In this document: in pieces, positions 51,608 through 64,000 of the stretch
Numbering within the stretch: position 1 is the stretch's first letter
How the letters are laid out: each line of letters opens with the position of its first letter
Assembly: GCA_022605425.2 (NCBI GenBank)
Contig: JAKIMF020000005.1
Coordinates: forward strand, 1,054,001-1,118,000
Origin: Hamiltosporidium tvaerminnensis FI-OER-3-3
Taxonomy: Eukaryota > Fungi > Microsporidia
Reading direction: 5' to 3'
Length of the DNA: 64,000 nucleotides
Notes under the pieces: model-generated
Databases searched by the model: none
Told to the model about the DNA's origin: nothing
Seen by the model: the letters and a program-made list of their open reading frames with translations, nothing else
Made by a program: the position numbers and the translations under genes

Positions 51608-51850
51608 TATTTAATTAATTCCAGGTTAAAATATACTTAGGGTTTTGACATATTTTCTTCTATCTCTTTAACATCTATCTGTTCTTCTCTTAACACTGAC
51701 ACTTTATTTATGTTCATTGTCAGTTGCTCTTATATGATTCCTCGATCACAAATAACGGGATTTACTATTTTTTGTTTTAAAATGCTTAAAACGGTCTTTA
51801 CCGGTACTCGCTTGTTTTAAAGGAAGAGGCGGTTTCTCGCGTTGATTTAA
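51608..51850 (-). mobile_element. 3'-terminal fragment of R4-like element (copy G)
   Basis: ttaattccaggttaaaata...attttcttcta.ctctttaac...atttatgtt...aaataa.ggg matches the 3' end of copies C/E. Confidence 0.6.
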
Positions 51851-51949
51851 TCAAAAAAGTTAAGAATTCAAACAATTACACTATCAAGCAAAATGTTTTT
51901 TGGCAAAAATTTCGGTATTTCGGTAAAAAAAATTTAACTTGAATCTTTA

Positions 51950-52335
51950 AGGTATTAATACAAATATCTATGATTATGGAAGCCTATATCCAGTCAAAGT
52001 ACTCATAAATTTTACCGAAGTAATTTATTTTGATCGAGAAAGAGTAGGACTCGGGTTAGATCGTATTTGAAGAAAATTAAGAGACGGAATCAAGAGTACT
52101 ATGCGAGGACTTACACTCCACCTAGGCCATAACTTCTTTTAGGAAAAGCAAGTAATCAGAAGAATGATTAAACCATAACATAAATTAATATTATACCTTC
52201 TATTTTAGATGAAAGAACGGAAAATAAACACAAGCAAATTGCCAGATTTAGAACCAGATGAAAAAAAAGTTATCAAATAGTGGAAAAATTATTGAGAAAG
52301 GAAACAAATATTTTTAATCTGACTTATGAATAAAT
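51950..52335 (+). mobile_element. 3'-terminal fragment of R4-like element (copy H)
   Basis: atggaagcctatatccagtcaa...tttgatcgagaaagagtaggactcgggttag ~ VEAYIQS..FDRRRGLESGL, followed by PDLE..EKKV and aatatttttaatc. Confidence 0.65.
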
Positions 52336-52690
52336 AGACTTTGAAACGTGTTGTGTCAAACTTTAGGAAACACTGTCGATTAAAAAGAATCATAAATATT
52401 TCAATACTGTGTAAAACTTTTAATTGGTGTTAAATTTTTTACATAAAATCCATAAGGAATGTCCAAGGTATTCCCACCCAAAAATTTTATACTAAACTTA
52501 TGAGAAACTAAAACATTCATAATGTTTTGATTATTTTCGTTCATAGACTTTAATGACGGAGTTATATATTTAATAGAAAAATAATTTTAAAATTTACAAA
52601 AATATAATTCCTAGCCTATTAACTATTTTTAAATTATTTCCCAGAATTCTTTTAATTGTATAGTATTTTATTAATATAAGTTATTCATTG

Positions 52691-53411
52691 ATGGAGGGAG
52701 GATAACCACATAAAAAACTTTCTGCTTGGCAATGAGTGTGTGAAACTGGTGTGAGGTCATTGTTTGGATTTTTGGTGGGAATACAACCACACTACATCTT
52801 CGGTTGTTCCAGGGAGTTGTTATGCAGAGAAGAGGTCTAAGAAATGGAGAAACTTTTTCTACAAATTTATTTGTAGTTTTTTATGTAACCAGATTGCAGA
52901 CCGCAGCTGAACATGTAGGTAATTGCCATGTAAAAGCATGGAAACCTAGCCTTGCTCACTCGGGTTAGAAGACTTAGCGCCTGGGAGATATAAAAATAAA
53001 AACCATTAAAAGCCGGGAGAGCTAATTAGCAGGTTATACCTGTTGGTATGACATTGCACTGTCTAGGTGGACCCCATGTAAATCTCTGAAATATCTTAGC
53101 TAGAAGTTTATTGGGTTCAGAAAGTGTAGAGTAAGTGGGAATTCTGCATATTCATGGGTCCGGGGGGGGGGGTTGACCTTCGATCAAACTCCATGCAACG
53201 GACATTAACAAACACCGGGCAACTTCCTCTCCTAGTAATTAGGTTCTACACAGTTATTAGATAATAGGCTTTGGGATGTAGGTATCGCAGGGGTTATCGA
53301 TGGAATTTTGGGGTAGCAGTTATTTATGTTAAACCTAGAACTGCGTTAATGTCATAAAAACAAATATAACACTTGCCACTATTTCAAAAAGATGTGATAC
53401 TTTTAAATAGA
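52691..53411 (+). repeat. Unidentified dispersed repeat X, copy 4 (most GC-rich; contains G11 run at 53162-53172)
   Basis: End-to-end inverted match with 23849-24560; homologous to 11158-11854 and 36717-37408. Confidence 0.88.
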
Positions 53412-53499
53412 GACTTATTATATAATTTTAAACAAATTTCTTTTTTGGATCTTGATTACAGAGAATAAAAGAAATAATTACTAACTGCTTTTAAATCTC

Positions 53500-54960
53500 A
53501 ATTAAATATAATTATAGGTTAATAGTTCTTTATTTTCAAAATTTTTTCCCATTATTTTACATTTCAAAGTCTTCCTCTAAATTCGACACCGTATTCATAT
53601 TTATTAATGGTTCCTCCGCATGGCTATCCCATCTAAAATATTAAAGAATAAAAATTTGTATTTGATCGTTAGACATTATATTCCGTTTATTCATTTGCTT
53701 TAAAGTAATTTATGGCTGATTATGCGACTCGGCTCTATAATAACACTAGATGACGCACTTTATAGCTCTCTTAAGATTTTAGTTCCGACTTAAGTTTTCT
53801 TCGTCGATCAAAAGAAATTGACCGACCGTCGTCATATACACTATCAATTGGATGTATGCCTCTACATCCATAAGATATTTGCAGTCTTTTAAGAAACTTC
53901 TTGTGGTATTTTTTTACAATATCGTCCTAGATCATCTCTTACAGAAGTATCTCCTAACTAATTTATAGTTAAGACTTAACTCATTTCAAATAGGTCATAA
54001 TTATTAAGCTTCTCCGTTTTAACTATTTGAAGTGGATCTTAGAAAGTAAAACATACTTAAATGAAGTTTATATATTCCATCTTCTGTCCCAAAATAATAT
54101 ACCAGGCATATTATTCCAAATTTAGACATCAGTTGATATCCTATTGTCTATACCTGCTTTTGCCTTTGGTTATTATGAATTTTTTGAACTGGGTAATTCC
54201 TAATGCGTTTTAAGATTTATATTTATATCATTTTATTAGGAGCAAATGTATGTATCGTTTCTCTTTAGTATTTTGTTTAGTATAGTCATGACCAACTATT
54301 TTTTCTCATCTCTTTGCTTAACTTTCTACTGTTTGCCAAATTTATTACAGTGTTTAACATACTTTTTGCACTCCGGAATATATTTTAGCTTAGATATAGC
54401 AGCAAAACAGTTTCTTATATTCCATTTACTCGCCATTTAGAGGATCAATAACACTTACAAGCTCGTTTTCTTGACGTATATAAATTTTTATAAGGTTTTC
54501 GTTTTTTTAATTTAATGTAGAATTTTGCAAGTTGAGAAGCTACAGAATTATTTTATCTACTTATAAATATAATCAAAGAAGTTTCTAAAAAACAATATGG
54601 AAATTTTTTGTATTATCAGCTTAAGGATTTATGGCTTCAGAATTATATTTCTTAACCTTTTTTTACCAGATAATTCTATACCGGCAGAGTCATATTGTTA
54701 CTTCGACTCAAATTGTAAGGCCAATTCTAAGTTCCGAACCAAAAAGGTAAACTCTCTTTCCAACTAGTCCGAAGTGTATATTTTTTTTTGCCAACATCGC
54801 ACACACTGCATCATTCAACTTAAGAGTGCACAACCTGTTCAAGTCAAAGCAGTTCTATATGATAAATAATTAACGATATTGATATTGTTAATTTGCAAAA
54901 ATAACATAGTTTTTGATGCTATCTCTAACGACATAGCCTTTAAACCCTTTCTATTTGCTT
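53500..54960 (-). mobile_element. Old 5'-truncated R4-like relic (copy I)
   Basis: tcttcgtcgatcaaaagaaattg, tgtatgcctctacat, aactatttgaagtg.atctt, aacacttacaagctc and attaacgatat blocks match copy E. Confidence 0.8.
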
Positions 54961-55342
54961 CTATGGTGCCTATTATAATGATTAACAGCTAAATCACCTT
55001 TGATATCTTTTTTATGCTCATCTATTGAAAAAATCAACATCTAAAAAAAATGGGGGTAAAATTACAACACAGTTTTTTTGTCTTTGATCTCCCAGTTTTA
55101 ATTCTAAAAATAATAACAGTTAAAAACCATTATTCGTCAGCGCTTGTAAAAATAGCATGAATAAAATATATAAAAAGAAAAAAATATATCAACTCAATAG
55201 ATGTTTTAATTTTTTAACAAAATATTTAAAAAAATGCGTAGCATAAAAATATTCACCAGTATAAAAAAAATGGAAAGACCAAACACTAGATAATTGAAAT
55301 CTTTACTTCCTATCATATACTTGTAAAATATAAATAGAATTA

Positions 55343-55777
55343 TCATATAGTAAAGGGAAAAACAATTGTAAAAATGTCATTATTATTTGACATTACTGAT
55401 AAAGATATGAAAAGTGTATTTTCAATCAAAAGCATGAAAATATATTTAAATTCTAGCTTTAAAACGCAAATGTTGTTTCGATGACTATTAGATGATTCAA
55501 AATTCAAAATTCGAAGGCTATTATCATTATCAAATTCTGGTAGGATCGATGGCTGAATTAGTGTTCGTTCGGCTAGAGAATAGGTAGTAACAACAATATT
55601 GTTATTTATACGATTTTGGTCAAGTTTGCTAATACTCTGTTCACTTGTTGATTGAAAAGCATTTGCTCTTGTTTCATTCCTATAGCTTTCATTGTCAGAT
55701 ATACTACTTAAAATCGGACACCTATTCATACCCACCGATTTATTTGTTACTATATATATTACTGTCAAATAAATCAA
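55343..55777 (-). CDS. Hypothetical small protein or gene remnant
   Basis: 144-codon open frame (TTG start; first ATG ~55729) with a hydrophobic C-terminal segment. No recognisable domain. Confidence 0.3.
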   Translation of the reverse strand: MIYLTVIYIVTNKSVGMNRCPILSSISDNESYRNETRANAFQSTSEQSISKLDQNRINNNIVVTTYSLAERTLIQPSILPEFDNDNSLRILNFESSNSHRNNICVLKLEFKYIFMLLIENTLFISLSVMSNNNDIFTIVFPFTI

Positions 55778-56399
55778 TTTTAATTTATTTAATGTTAGCT
55801 CGATTTCCTTTTTTTATCGCATATCATTATTAATTAAAAAAGAGAAAGTTTTTTGTATCATAGCTTCAAAATTTCTTTTAAAAAGCTTTGTCTATACTGA
55901 TTTGAATTTATAACTGCAAATGAGGACTTTCTTTGGAAGTAAAATAAATTATCTTCAGATAGCAATCTTCTTATTAAAAGATTAACTTAATAAATAAATT
56001 TTATACAAGTTTAGTTGTTTTTCGTTCCCCAGTAAATGCACTCTTTATCTTTCGTTCGGAAAGTTTGCGCTAGGCTGACAACCTAATCAATCAAAGGTAA
56101 TTTTTCTTTAGAGCGCCTATAACACCGCGAATTTATGATTCATCGTTCAATTGTGTTCAATCCGTAGGGCAGAACGACTTATTAAAAAAAGTTGGCTATT
56201 TCGTTATGTTTTGGATTGCTTTATTTAGTTTAAAAATCTTTTTACCAGTTTTTTCTTTACTATAGATAGTTTTTGTATGTTTTGCTTTCGTTTGGTTTTT
56301 TTCATCTCAGAAACAAATATTGTAAAAATGGTGTTCTTTTTTAAATAGCGCGTTCTATTCACCAAATTACTAGAAAAATGTGCACCATTATGTTCCGAA

Positions 56400-59300
56400 G
56401 ACTCTAATCGCAAAAGAAGAAGTATATAAAAAGGCCTGGTATTATGCAAGAAGATGCTTTATTGAAACCTAGATAATTTGAAAGTAAAATATATCAGGGA
56501 AGTTTTGAGTATTTATCTTACAAAGATCTCCCCGAGAATGCCTAAGAAGCAAAACCTATCGCTTCGAAGAGAAAATGTTTACGAAAACCAAGTGAAAGCA
56601 TAATTTAAGATGAGCAGTTTAGGTGATCTTCAATTGCTCTTATTTAAAAGAAACACGATGGAAATCTTTAAGAAAAAAAAATGAGAAATCTGAGGGTAGA
56701 AAGAGATGAATAAAAGAAAAACAATGTTTGTGTTATGTTATGCTGAAGTTGCTTTTTTCGCCTTTTATCTAGGCATGAAACATCGAGCTTCGTGTCAAAC
56801 GTAACGAAATTTTAATCTACAGTAAAACGAAAAAGACAACTTGTGTACATATGATTAGGGTTTGGTTTCATTTGTTCGGGTATTAATCAGGCCATTTCAT
56901 TCATTTGATCGGTCTTCGGATATCATTTATTTGTTATACAAAGAAAATTCACCGAATATTGCAAAATTATATTTTAAAAATGCTGCGATTCTTCCTGTAT
57001 ACTTTATGAAATTTTACAAGTCTTGTGTTTGGAATGACCCTTTGGGTCTAAACTTAGTATTATAAGCTTCTATCTGATACCCGAATTTAAAACAAAGCAA
57101 AGTTCTGAGCATTTAGCCTATATATTTCAAACTTGTATAAGCTGAAGTGAGAAATTGTGACGAAAGTTGTAAGTAACAGAGTGAAATACCAGGGTTCTAT
57201 CAGATACTCAGTTGGGTGCAGTGAGAAGAAAAGTACAACGTCATCATTGCATTTCTTTAATACAGAAAACGAGAATATCCTTAGACAACATAGGACTATG
57301 GAAAAACTGATTATAATCAGTACTTTATAGTTATCTAATAGAATGCATCGAAAGATTTATTTCAACAGTAGATATAATTTTTGATAAAAAGAATTAACGG
57401 GAAAGTTAGATTAGAAAGGTGAAAAATTATGAAAAAGAACATATTAAAGAAAATAGTACTTTACTATATGTATTTACCTCATTTTTTTGTGTTTTATATG
57501 TATTTATTAAGCCAAAAGCCCACCGATAAATACAAAAAGGTGACAATAGAAACAGATCACAAATTCACTATTGATTTCAAGATCCTAGCAAAAGTTAAAT
57601 AAAAATCAAAAAAAAAGACTGAGAAGAGTAATTGACTAAGAAAAATATGGGATTGGAAACATACAGAGAGAATTAAGAACCTAACGATCAATTCTCATAA
57701 AAAAAAGCACCTCTTCTTAAATAAAAACTGCTTGAAATTACCCTGTAGCAATAAAATATATCATTGGTACCCCAGCAAGCATTTCATTTAAAAAAAAATA
57801 TCAAACCGTTAAAAGATTAGAGAAATTTTATAAGATTGAATTAAATCAAGAAATATATTCTAAGCAATCAAGAACCAGGAAACCTTTTCTATAAAGAATC
57901 GTATAGCTGTACTATGGCTTCGACCAGGCGAATTTTTGAATTTGAAAGAATCAAAGTGCTTTGCTAATAAAGAAAAAAATATATCAATCTAAACTATGTC
58001 AAGAACTTCTAAATTTCCAGCTGAAAATTTGAAGACTTTAAGTTAGTATAGAGTTCAAAATAAAAATATACTCAAAGCTACTTTCCGATAATCAAAGACA
58101 AAAAGAAACATCATAAAAAAAGCAGAAATTCTACGTGGTAGAGAAATACCAAACATGATATTGTACTTATATAAAACTTCTTAAAGGTGAAATAAAGTTA
58201 TAAATGAAAATTCGAGAAATGAGATGAAGAAGCTTAGTCACGTAACTTATTAAAGAAATAACAATGAAAACCAATATAAAAATGACATTATTGTGAAATA
58301 AAGAGCTGGATTAGGTAAATTACTCCCCAATATGGTCAAGAAATCATTCTAAAGACCACATGAGAAGAGTATTCTGCTATATTTTAAGTATATATGTATT
58401 ATGGTCAGCTTATGTATATTTAACATCGTAGTCAGTCTTAAACATTATGCTTTAGCAACAAAATGATAAAACGCATGCCATTGTTATAACGTCTCGCCCG
58501 CCATCAAAATTAAACCAATCTTTGACAGATACTCCTTCTATTTTCGAAATATCTATCTGCAACGGGTAACTAAGATTTGTTTAGAAATATTTTTTCTCAA
58601 AAAAAGTAGTATTTTTTTTAGAGTTCTTATATTCCTTACCTTTTTCTATCATTCATGAGTTAAATATGATATAATTTTATAGTTATTAAAAAATTATTGA
58701 TTAGTTATTATGTAGTAGAATTACATTTTAAAGAATATTCGACGGCATAAGGAAGGGTTAGATATCTCGAGCATGTATGTATTTGCATATAGATTAAGCT
58801 TGTAAAAAAATAGGTCTAAATCCGTTGAATGACTCTTTGAAAACGAGTTAGAGGTAGAAAAGAGAAATACAGATAAAACAGATATCGATTGTTGCAATAA
58901 AGGGTTTAGAAATGTATTTTTGATAAGAGCAAAAATAGATGATCCATATGGATTGAAATAAGAACTAGAGACATATTTTATATCATTTAATAGAGAAACG
59001 AACAAATTTGACGCTTCAAAAACAGATTAGATTACATAATAAATATAAGGTTATGGTAATCCTCTATTCAATAACATAAATGGTGTTGTTTAAAAAATAC
59101 CAAAAGAAGTAGCGTGAAGACTAAAAATTTCAGGAATGTTGAAGCATATATTCTGTCGAAAGCTTATAAGGAGAGAATGAAACTATTTTTATTTGATAGA
59201 TAAAGAGAATATTAGGCAGAAGAAAATTCCGAAGAGAGCTATTAAAGTGAGCCATAAAGTTGTTTTTTAAATCTTAGATTCTTTAAATATCAAAAAACTT

Positions 59301-59520
59301 CTCAGGGCAAGCGAATAACAAAAAAGACGTTTTAAACGAGCAAATACATAAAAATATTTTATTTTTTATTTTAGATGTCATAACATCTTTGGAAGAACAA
59401 GCCTATTTAAAGAATCTTTATAATTTGAAGAAAAGTAGAGGGTGTATAAAATGATCAAAAAAATTGTAAAAAAGATAGAATATTTTTTAACTTAGAATTT
59501 AATATAAACATAATTTATTA
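56400..59520 (+). mobile_element. Old near-full-length R4-like relic on the plus strand (copy J)
   Basis: Colinear decayed motifs: KDL...KKQNLS, YLIP..K....SNLYKL..IVTKVV, RVLSDTQLGAVRR (~GLLAENQLGAVRG), AVLWLRPGEF (~GVLRLEPAEF), NVEAYILS, and 3' tattttttaacttagaattt. Confidence 0.75.
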
Positions 59521-59599
59521 TTTGTTTCATGTCTTGTGAAAATTTGATCGAGAATATGGGTGCAATGATATCCAAGCTTTGCAATATTCATAAGTTTTT

Positions 59600-61015
59600 A
59601 AATAATCTGCAGTTAACTGACATATTTTATTTATCCTTTCAAATGAATATTGTAACAAAGTGACAAATATAGTATGCCACGTAGAAAAATAGCATAATAA
59701 AGCCTAATTAAGAAAGATTTTAAATAAATTCGGCAAGAAAAAGTGGTTTCAGAAAGTTTGTTAAGTGCCATGCTTTGATACAAAGAGATTATTTGTTTGT
59801 CTTAAATTAAAGCTCTAAAAAGCCATTTAAATCTTAGAAATAGCATGAAAGAAACTCTGTAAAAAAAAGATAGGATCGTTGATCTATCCTCAAAAAATCG
59901 GTAGAATAGTGAGAAATTCGGGCGATGCTTGAAAAGAAATAAGTAGAGCACATATAAAAAAATTGGTCTAAATAAATGAATAAAAGCACGTTTATGTGAT
60001 TAACCAGTTATTAACCATACCTAAACACCGTAGATATTGTTTAAAAACCATCTAATCGGATAATATCTAGTTATCTCAAAAAGAATTATAACTACAACTG
60101 CACAGGAAAAGTAAAGACTTAATCCAGTATTACTCGCATACATGAACCTACTCTAAATTGTAAATCGGTTTTCACAATTAAACGATGGTAGCCAAGACAT
60201 ATATCAAGCCTTTCTTAGACATAGGAATACATGCTTGTAAGACATAGAAATTCGCCAAACGTAACGAAGCGACGATGGATGTATGGTAAACCATCTTTAA
60301 TTTTATGTAGGAATTAGCAATAACCTATTAAGATGACTGAAAACCTCCGGGAATATCGGTTTCAAAAATACTATGAAATTTCAAATTTGTAAACGAGGTC
60401 GAAAAAACCAGATATCAGATGTGCTATATTTGAAACGTTCGAAATTCGAGTATTAAAAATAACAGAAAATGTTATTTCGACCGTTGACGACTTTATTTTC
60501 GTACAAAAATTACTTGCATAAGGAAATATAAAAATCACAGTATCCTTGGTTTCAACGAATATTACAGTCTATTGATCGCAAAAAATAGAAGTTTTAGAAA
60601 ACAAGGTTTAATCTCTAAGTCAGCTCTAAGCCATTAAGCAAATAAGTTGGTAAGTAACAACACGTTTAAATTAAAAAAAAATAATTTTAAAACAATATAT
60701 ACATTTTTAATTATACAAGAGAAAAATAGGATAAGAGTCAATAAGATCTAAGGAAATAGTTGAGTCACGGGGTTTTGGAGTCGTTTTTTGGTTTTTAATT
60801 TTTTCTATATTAGATATAATCCTCGGAACATCTATTTATTGCTTTAGTTTGTTTAACCGCGAACTATTTGGGTTATTTTCTGAATCATTGTTGTTATAAT
60901 TTAAATCCAATTTGTTTTGTGTACGTGTAGATTTACCATAAAACGTAAAAAGGCAATATACGTCCATCGAAATTGCAAAACCTATGTAATAGAACAAAGC
61001 AAGAATAGAATTCAT
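59600..61015 (-). pseudogene. Decayed secreted-protein gene (signal peptide MNSILALFYYIGFAIS)
   Basis: ATG 61015 gives a clear hydrophobic leader. After the in-frame TAA at 60836 the frame continues (IDVPRIISNIEKIKNQKTTPKPRDSTISLDLIDSYPIF). 3' limit uncertain. Confidence 0.45.
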
Positions 61016-61789
61016 AGTTACAAAATTACAAATAAATATATGTTTAAATTTAAATTTGAAATTAAAAATATTTTTGAGGATTTCTAAATTTCCTTTCAAC
61101 ATTAAAAATGAATATGTTTTTATTTTTAAATTATGAAATAATTTAAAACGAATGAAAATATATGTCGCCATGTATATTTTTTAATAGCTCGCTTCTTCCT
61201 TATGTAAGAAACACAATCCAATATTGAATCGTATATTTGCCAAAAAAACAGGTTTTCCAAATAGATTTTTCTTTGGATTGGTTAAGTTTTCAGCCCAACG
61301 CAACCATGTAATGTTTAATTAAATAAATTTTAAATCAAAATTAATTTATATATTCTCTTAAAAAACCAATTTTTGACTTTTTATAGTTTTTGAAATAAAC
61401 TATAACGTAATTCGATTAGATTATACACATCTAAATTTTACTAAATCTACATTTTAGCAGAATGAATGTATATGTAGAACAGGAGGATTTCAATATAAAA
61501 TGAACTTATTTGGTTGGTTTGCCAACAAATCACGTAAACTCTTACAATAAACCTCCACCCAATACCGATCGATTACTTAATATTTTATTTAGAGATTATT
61601 TTTTATAATTTGTACTTGATAAAAAAAAATATTGTATTTCTTTCTACATAAATAAAATAAGTAAATTTGAACGACATATATTCAAAAGACATTAATTGAT
61701 AAAATTCGATACTAACTTAGAATATAATATAGCAAATTAGGTTTGTAGTAAATTATTTTTATAATAAAGTAATTTGAGATATACATTTA

Positions 61790-63620
61790 TACAATAAAAT
61801 TCTGGGTTAACAAATTTTATCTTTTAAATAATTATTTTTACTATTTCAACCACTTCCATCTTTTCTTCTAAATCCGAGTTTTCATTTGCATTAATTGTAT
61901 TCCCCTGCTATGATTTTGCTATCTAAAATAAGGGGTAAAAGACTTTTTCTAATTTCCGTTTTAACACCATCTTCCTCATTGTCTACTCGCTTTAAAGGAT
62001 GTGTTAGTTTTTTATGCATCAGATCTCCTTAAATAACACGTAATGATGCTTTTTCCTAGCTCTCTTCGGCATTTAGCCCGTATTCACTTCCTCATCGTCG
62101 ACAAAAAGAAATTTTTTCGACAGTCTTTTTGAGTACTATAGATTGTATACCTGCCTCTACATTCATAGGTATTTGTAGTCTTTTAACAACATCTTATGGT
62201 ATTTTGTTCCAATACAGTTCCAAGTCATCACATAAGGAATTATCTCTACACTACATTTATGAACGATGGCGAACTTATTTGCTAATAGTTCGAACTTCTT
62301 AAGTTTCTCCTTTTCAACTATTTAAAGAAAGTTTTAGATGAGATTCCTAATTTAATGAGGGTTATCCTATTCTGTCTCTTGTCTCAAATAAATATATCGG
62401 GTATTTTACACCGAATTTTGACATCTGTTTTTATCCTAGTGTTCACTTTTACCTCTGTACGCTCATTATCAAAAAAATTTTTTACACCGATCGACTCATA
62501 ATTTGTTTTAAAGACTTGAATAAATATTTATTTAGTAGGATTAAGTATTTGCATTGTGAAACTTCATTTTTTGGTCTAGTATAGTCACTCTAGCTTTTTC
62601 TCGCATCTTGTTGCTAAGAAGTCTACCGTTAGACATATTTAGTTGCTGCGTGTGAAATACCTTCGGTACTCCGGCAATCTACTTCTATCTTATATAGAAC
62701 AGAACACTGCTTGATCAGGTGGTCTTATACTTCCTTTCTTTAACCATCTTGAAGAGTCATTCACACTTACAAGCTCGTTATTACTAGCTTTATAACATTG
62801 AATGTAGTTTTCGGTTTTTGATTTCGTTATATAGGTTAGCTAGTTGAGCTTCTTCCAATTTCTTTTTTGTGACTTCCTCTTCTAACTCGTATTTAATTTT
62901 TAAAATTTTTTTTTTAGTGAAAAGTGGGTTTTAATATTATTGTCAACCTTTAGGATTGCTGCTCTTTTGGTCGATGTATTTTTATGTTTTTCAAGACAAT
63001 CCAAGTGTTGCAAAAGCATCTTCGCTTTTAAAGTCTACACTATATAAACTTCTTCATAGTTCTTTACGAGGAAGGTATAGACGTTATTTCATCCTAGGCG
63101 TAGATGTATTTACTCTGTACTGGCAGTGCACGCACTGCATAATCTAACTTAAAGAAGTCAGTTGTTCCAGGCAAGGTACTTCTATTTGGCAGTGGGTGGA
63201 CGATATCGGATGTTGATATTTTGCAGAAAATAATTTTTTAGCATTCTATTTTGTTGCAAAAAAGTTTTTCTATTCGGGCTTTATGTTTTATTGTACTTCC
63301 TCGTACGACATACTTCTTAAGATTCCTCTGCTATATTCTTTTGTTCTTGAGTATTTTTAAACACCTTTTCATTGAAAAAGAGTGGCTGTATCTTCACAAC
63401 ACGGGTTTTTTATAGCCGATTTCTCTTTGTTTATTTCTAATCGTATATTGTTCATTCACCTCTTCCGTAATTTCCTTCAATGTTTGTTCATCTTTTTCAG
63501 GGAGCAGAGATCATCAAATAATAATATTATTAGCCTCACGGGATTCTGCATCTGTCTTTATTGTCATCTTTGGGTTTTTTCATTAAGCTTTCGGCTCCAT
63601 AGATCAATACACAATAAAAT
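61790..63620 (-). mobile_element. 5'-truncated R4-like relic from mid-RT to 3' end (copy K)
   Basis: aataaaattctgggttaa 3' end; tttttcattaagctttcggctc, ggattctgcatctgt, ctttaaccatctt, cacttacaagctc and gtcatcacataagg match copy C/E. Confidence 0.88.
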
Positions 63621-64000
63621 GAAATAAATACAAAAATTTATACAAAGAAAGAAAATATTTGGGTATTTTTATGAAGAAGTTGTAATAAAAGAGAATTTAT
63701 ATGGTTTTCTACATTTTTTAAACAATTAATCATATTTTTCATCATTTCAAGTCAAAAAATATAATAACAAATAATAATAGCATATTTTTTTTAGAAATTG
63801 ATATAGTTAAGGAGTTCCCCAACATGTAAGAAATTCAGTTAAATTTATTGGAGAAATAATCAATAAAAAAACCAAGTGTTTGTTTCTTATTTAGCTTTCA
63901 ACATTTTTGTATATTTTATTTTAAGGAATGTTTCTTCAAATAGATAGATTTTGTTAAAAGCGTAAATAAAACTTCGAGAAAATGTATGAACTTGGTGTAA

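Noticed and set aside
52955-52972. CGGGTTAG / CTAACCC as a telomerase-RNA template or telomeric seed
   Set aside because: Single short match that is not conserved in the other three copies; no tandem TTAGGG array in the window.
1-64000. CRISPR arrays, rRNA, tRNA or ribozyme (hammerhead/HDV) genes
   Set aside because: None recognised by eye. The tandem repeats lack unique spacers and the sequence is eukaryotic. Infernal and tRNAscan would be needed to exclude divergent ncRNAs.

Overview
Very AT-rich, gene-sparse eukaryotic DNA that is almost certainly from a large-genome microsporidian (Hamiltosporidium-like; this assignment is inference). Evidence: CCC motifs just upstream of start codons, a 33-nt spliceosomal intron inside the RPL19 start codon, strongly reduced housekeeping proteins and expanded LRR/secreted families. 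A compact core-gene island at 6.4-10.8 kb holds BBP/SF1, NAT3, RPL19 and a miniaturised BFR2/AATF. There is also a RhoGAP-like ORF (16.6-19.2 kb) and several lineage-specific LRR or signal-peptide genes and pseudogenes. Roughly a quarter of the window consists of about 11 copies or relics of one single-ORF non-LTR retrotransposon (RT + CCHC + restriction-like endonuclease, R4/Dong-type) that has almost no UTRs. A decayed Ginger/KRBA2-type integrase transposon and faint Ty3/Gypsy relics are also present. The most unexplained feature is a ~700-bp dispersed repeat with fixed ends, in four diverged copies (11.2, 23.8, 36.7, 52.7 kb). It retains traces of an unrecognised reading frame, ends in a TTAAATAAA-like tail resembling the retrotransposon's, and twice lies tail-to-tail with it, making it a candidate non-autonomous partner or retrocopied gene family. 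All alignments were done by eye and no database searches were run.
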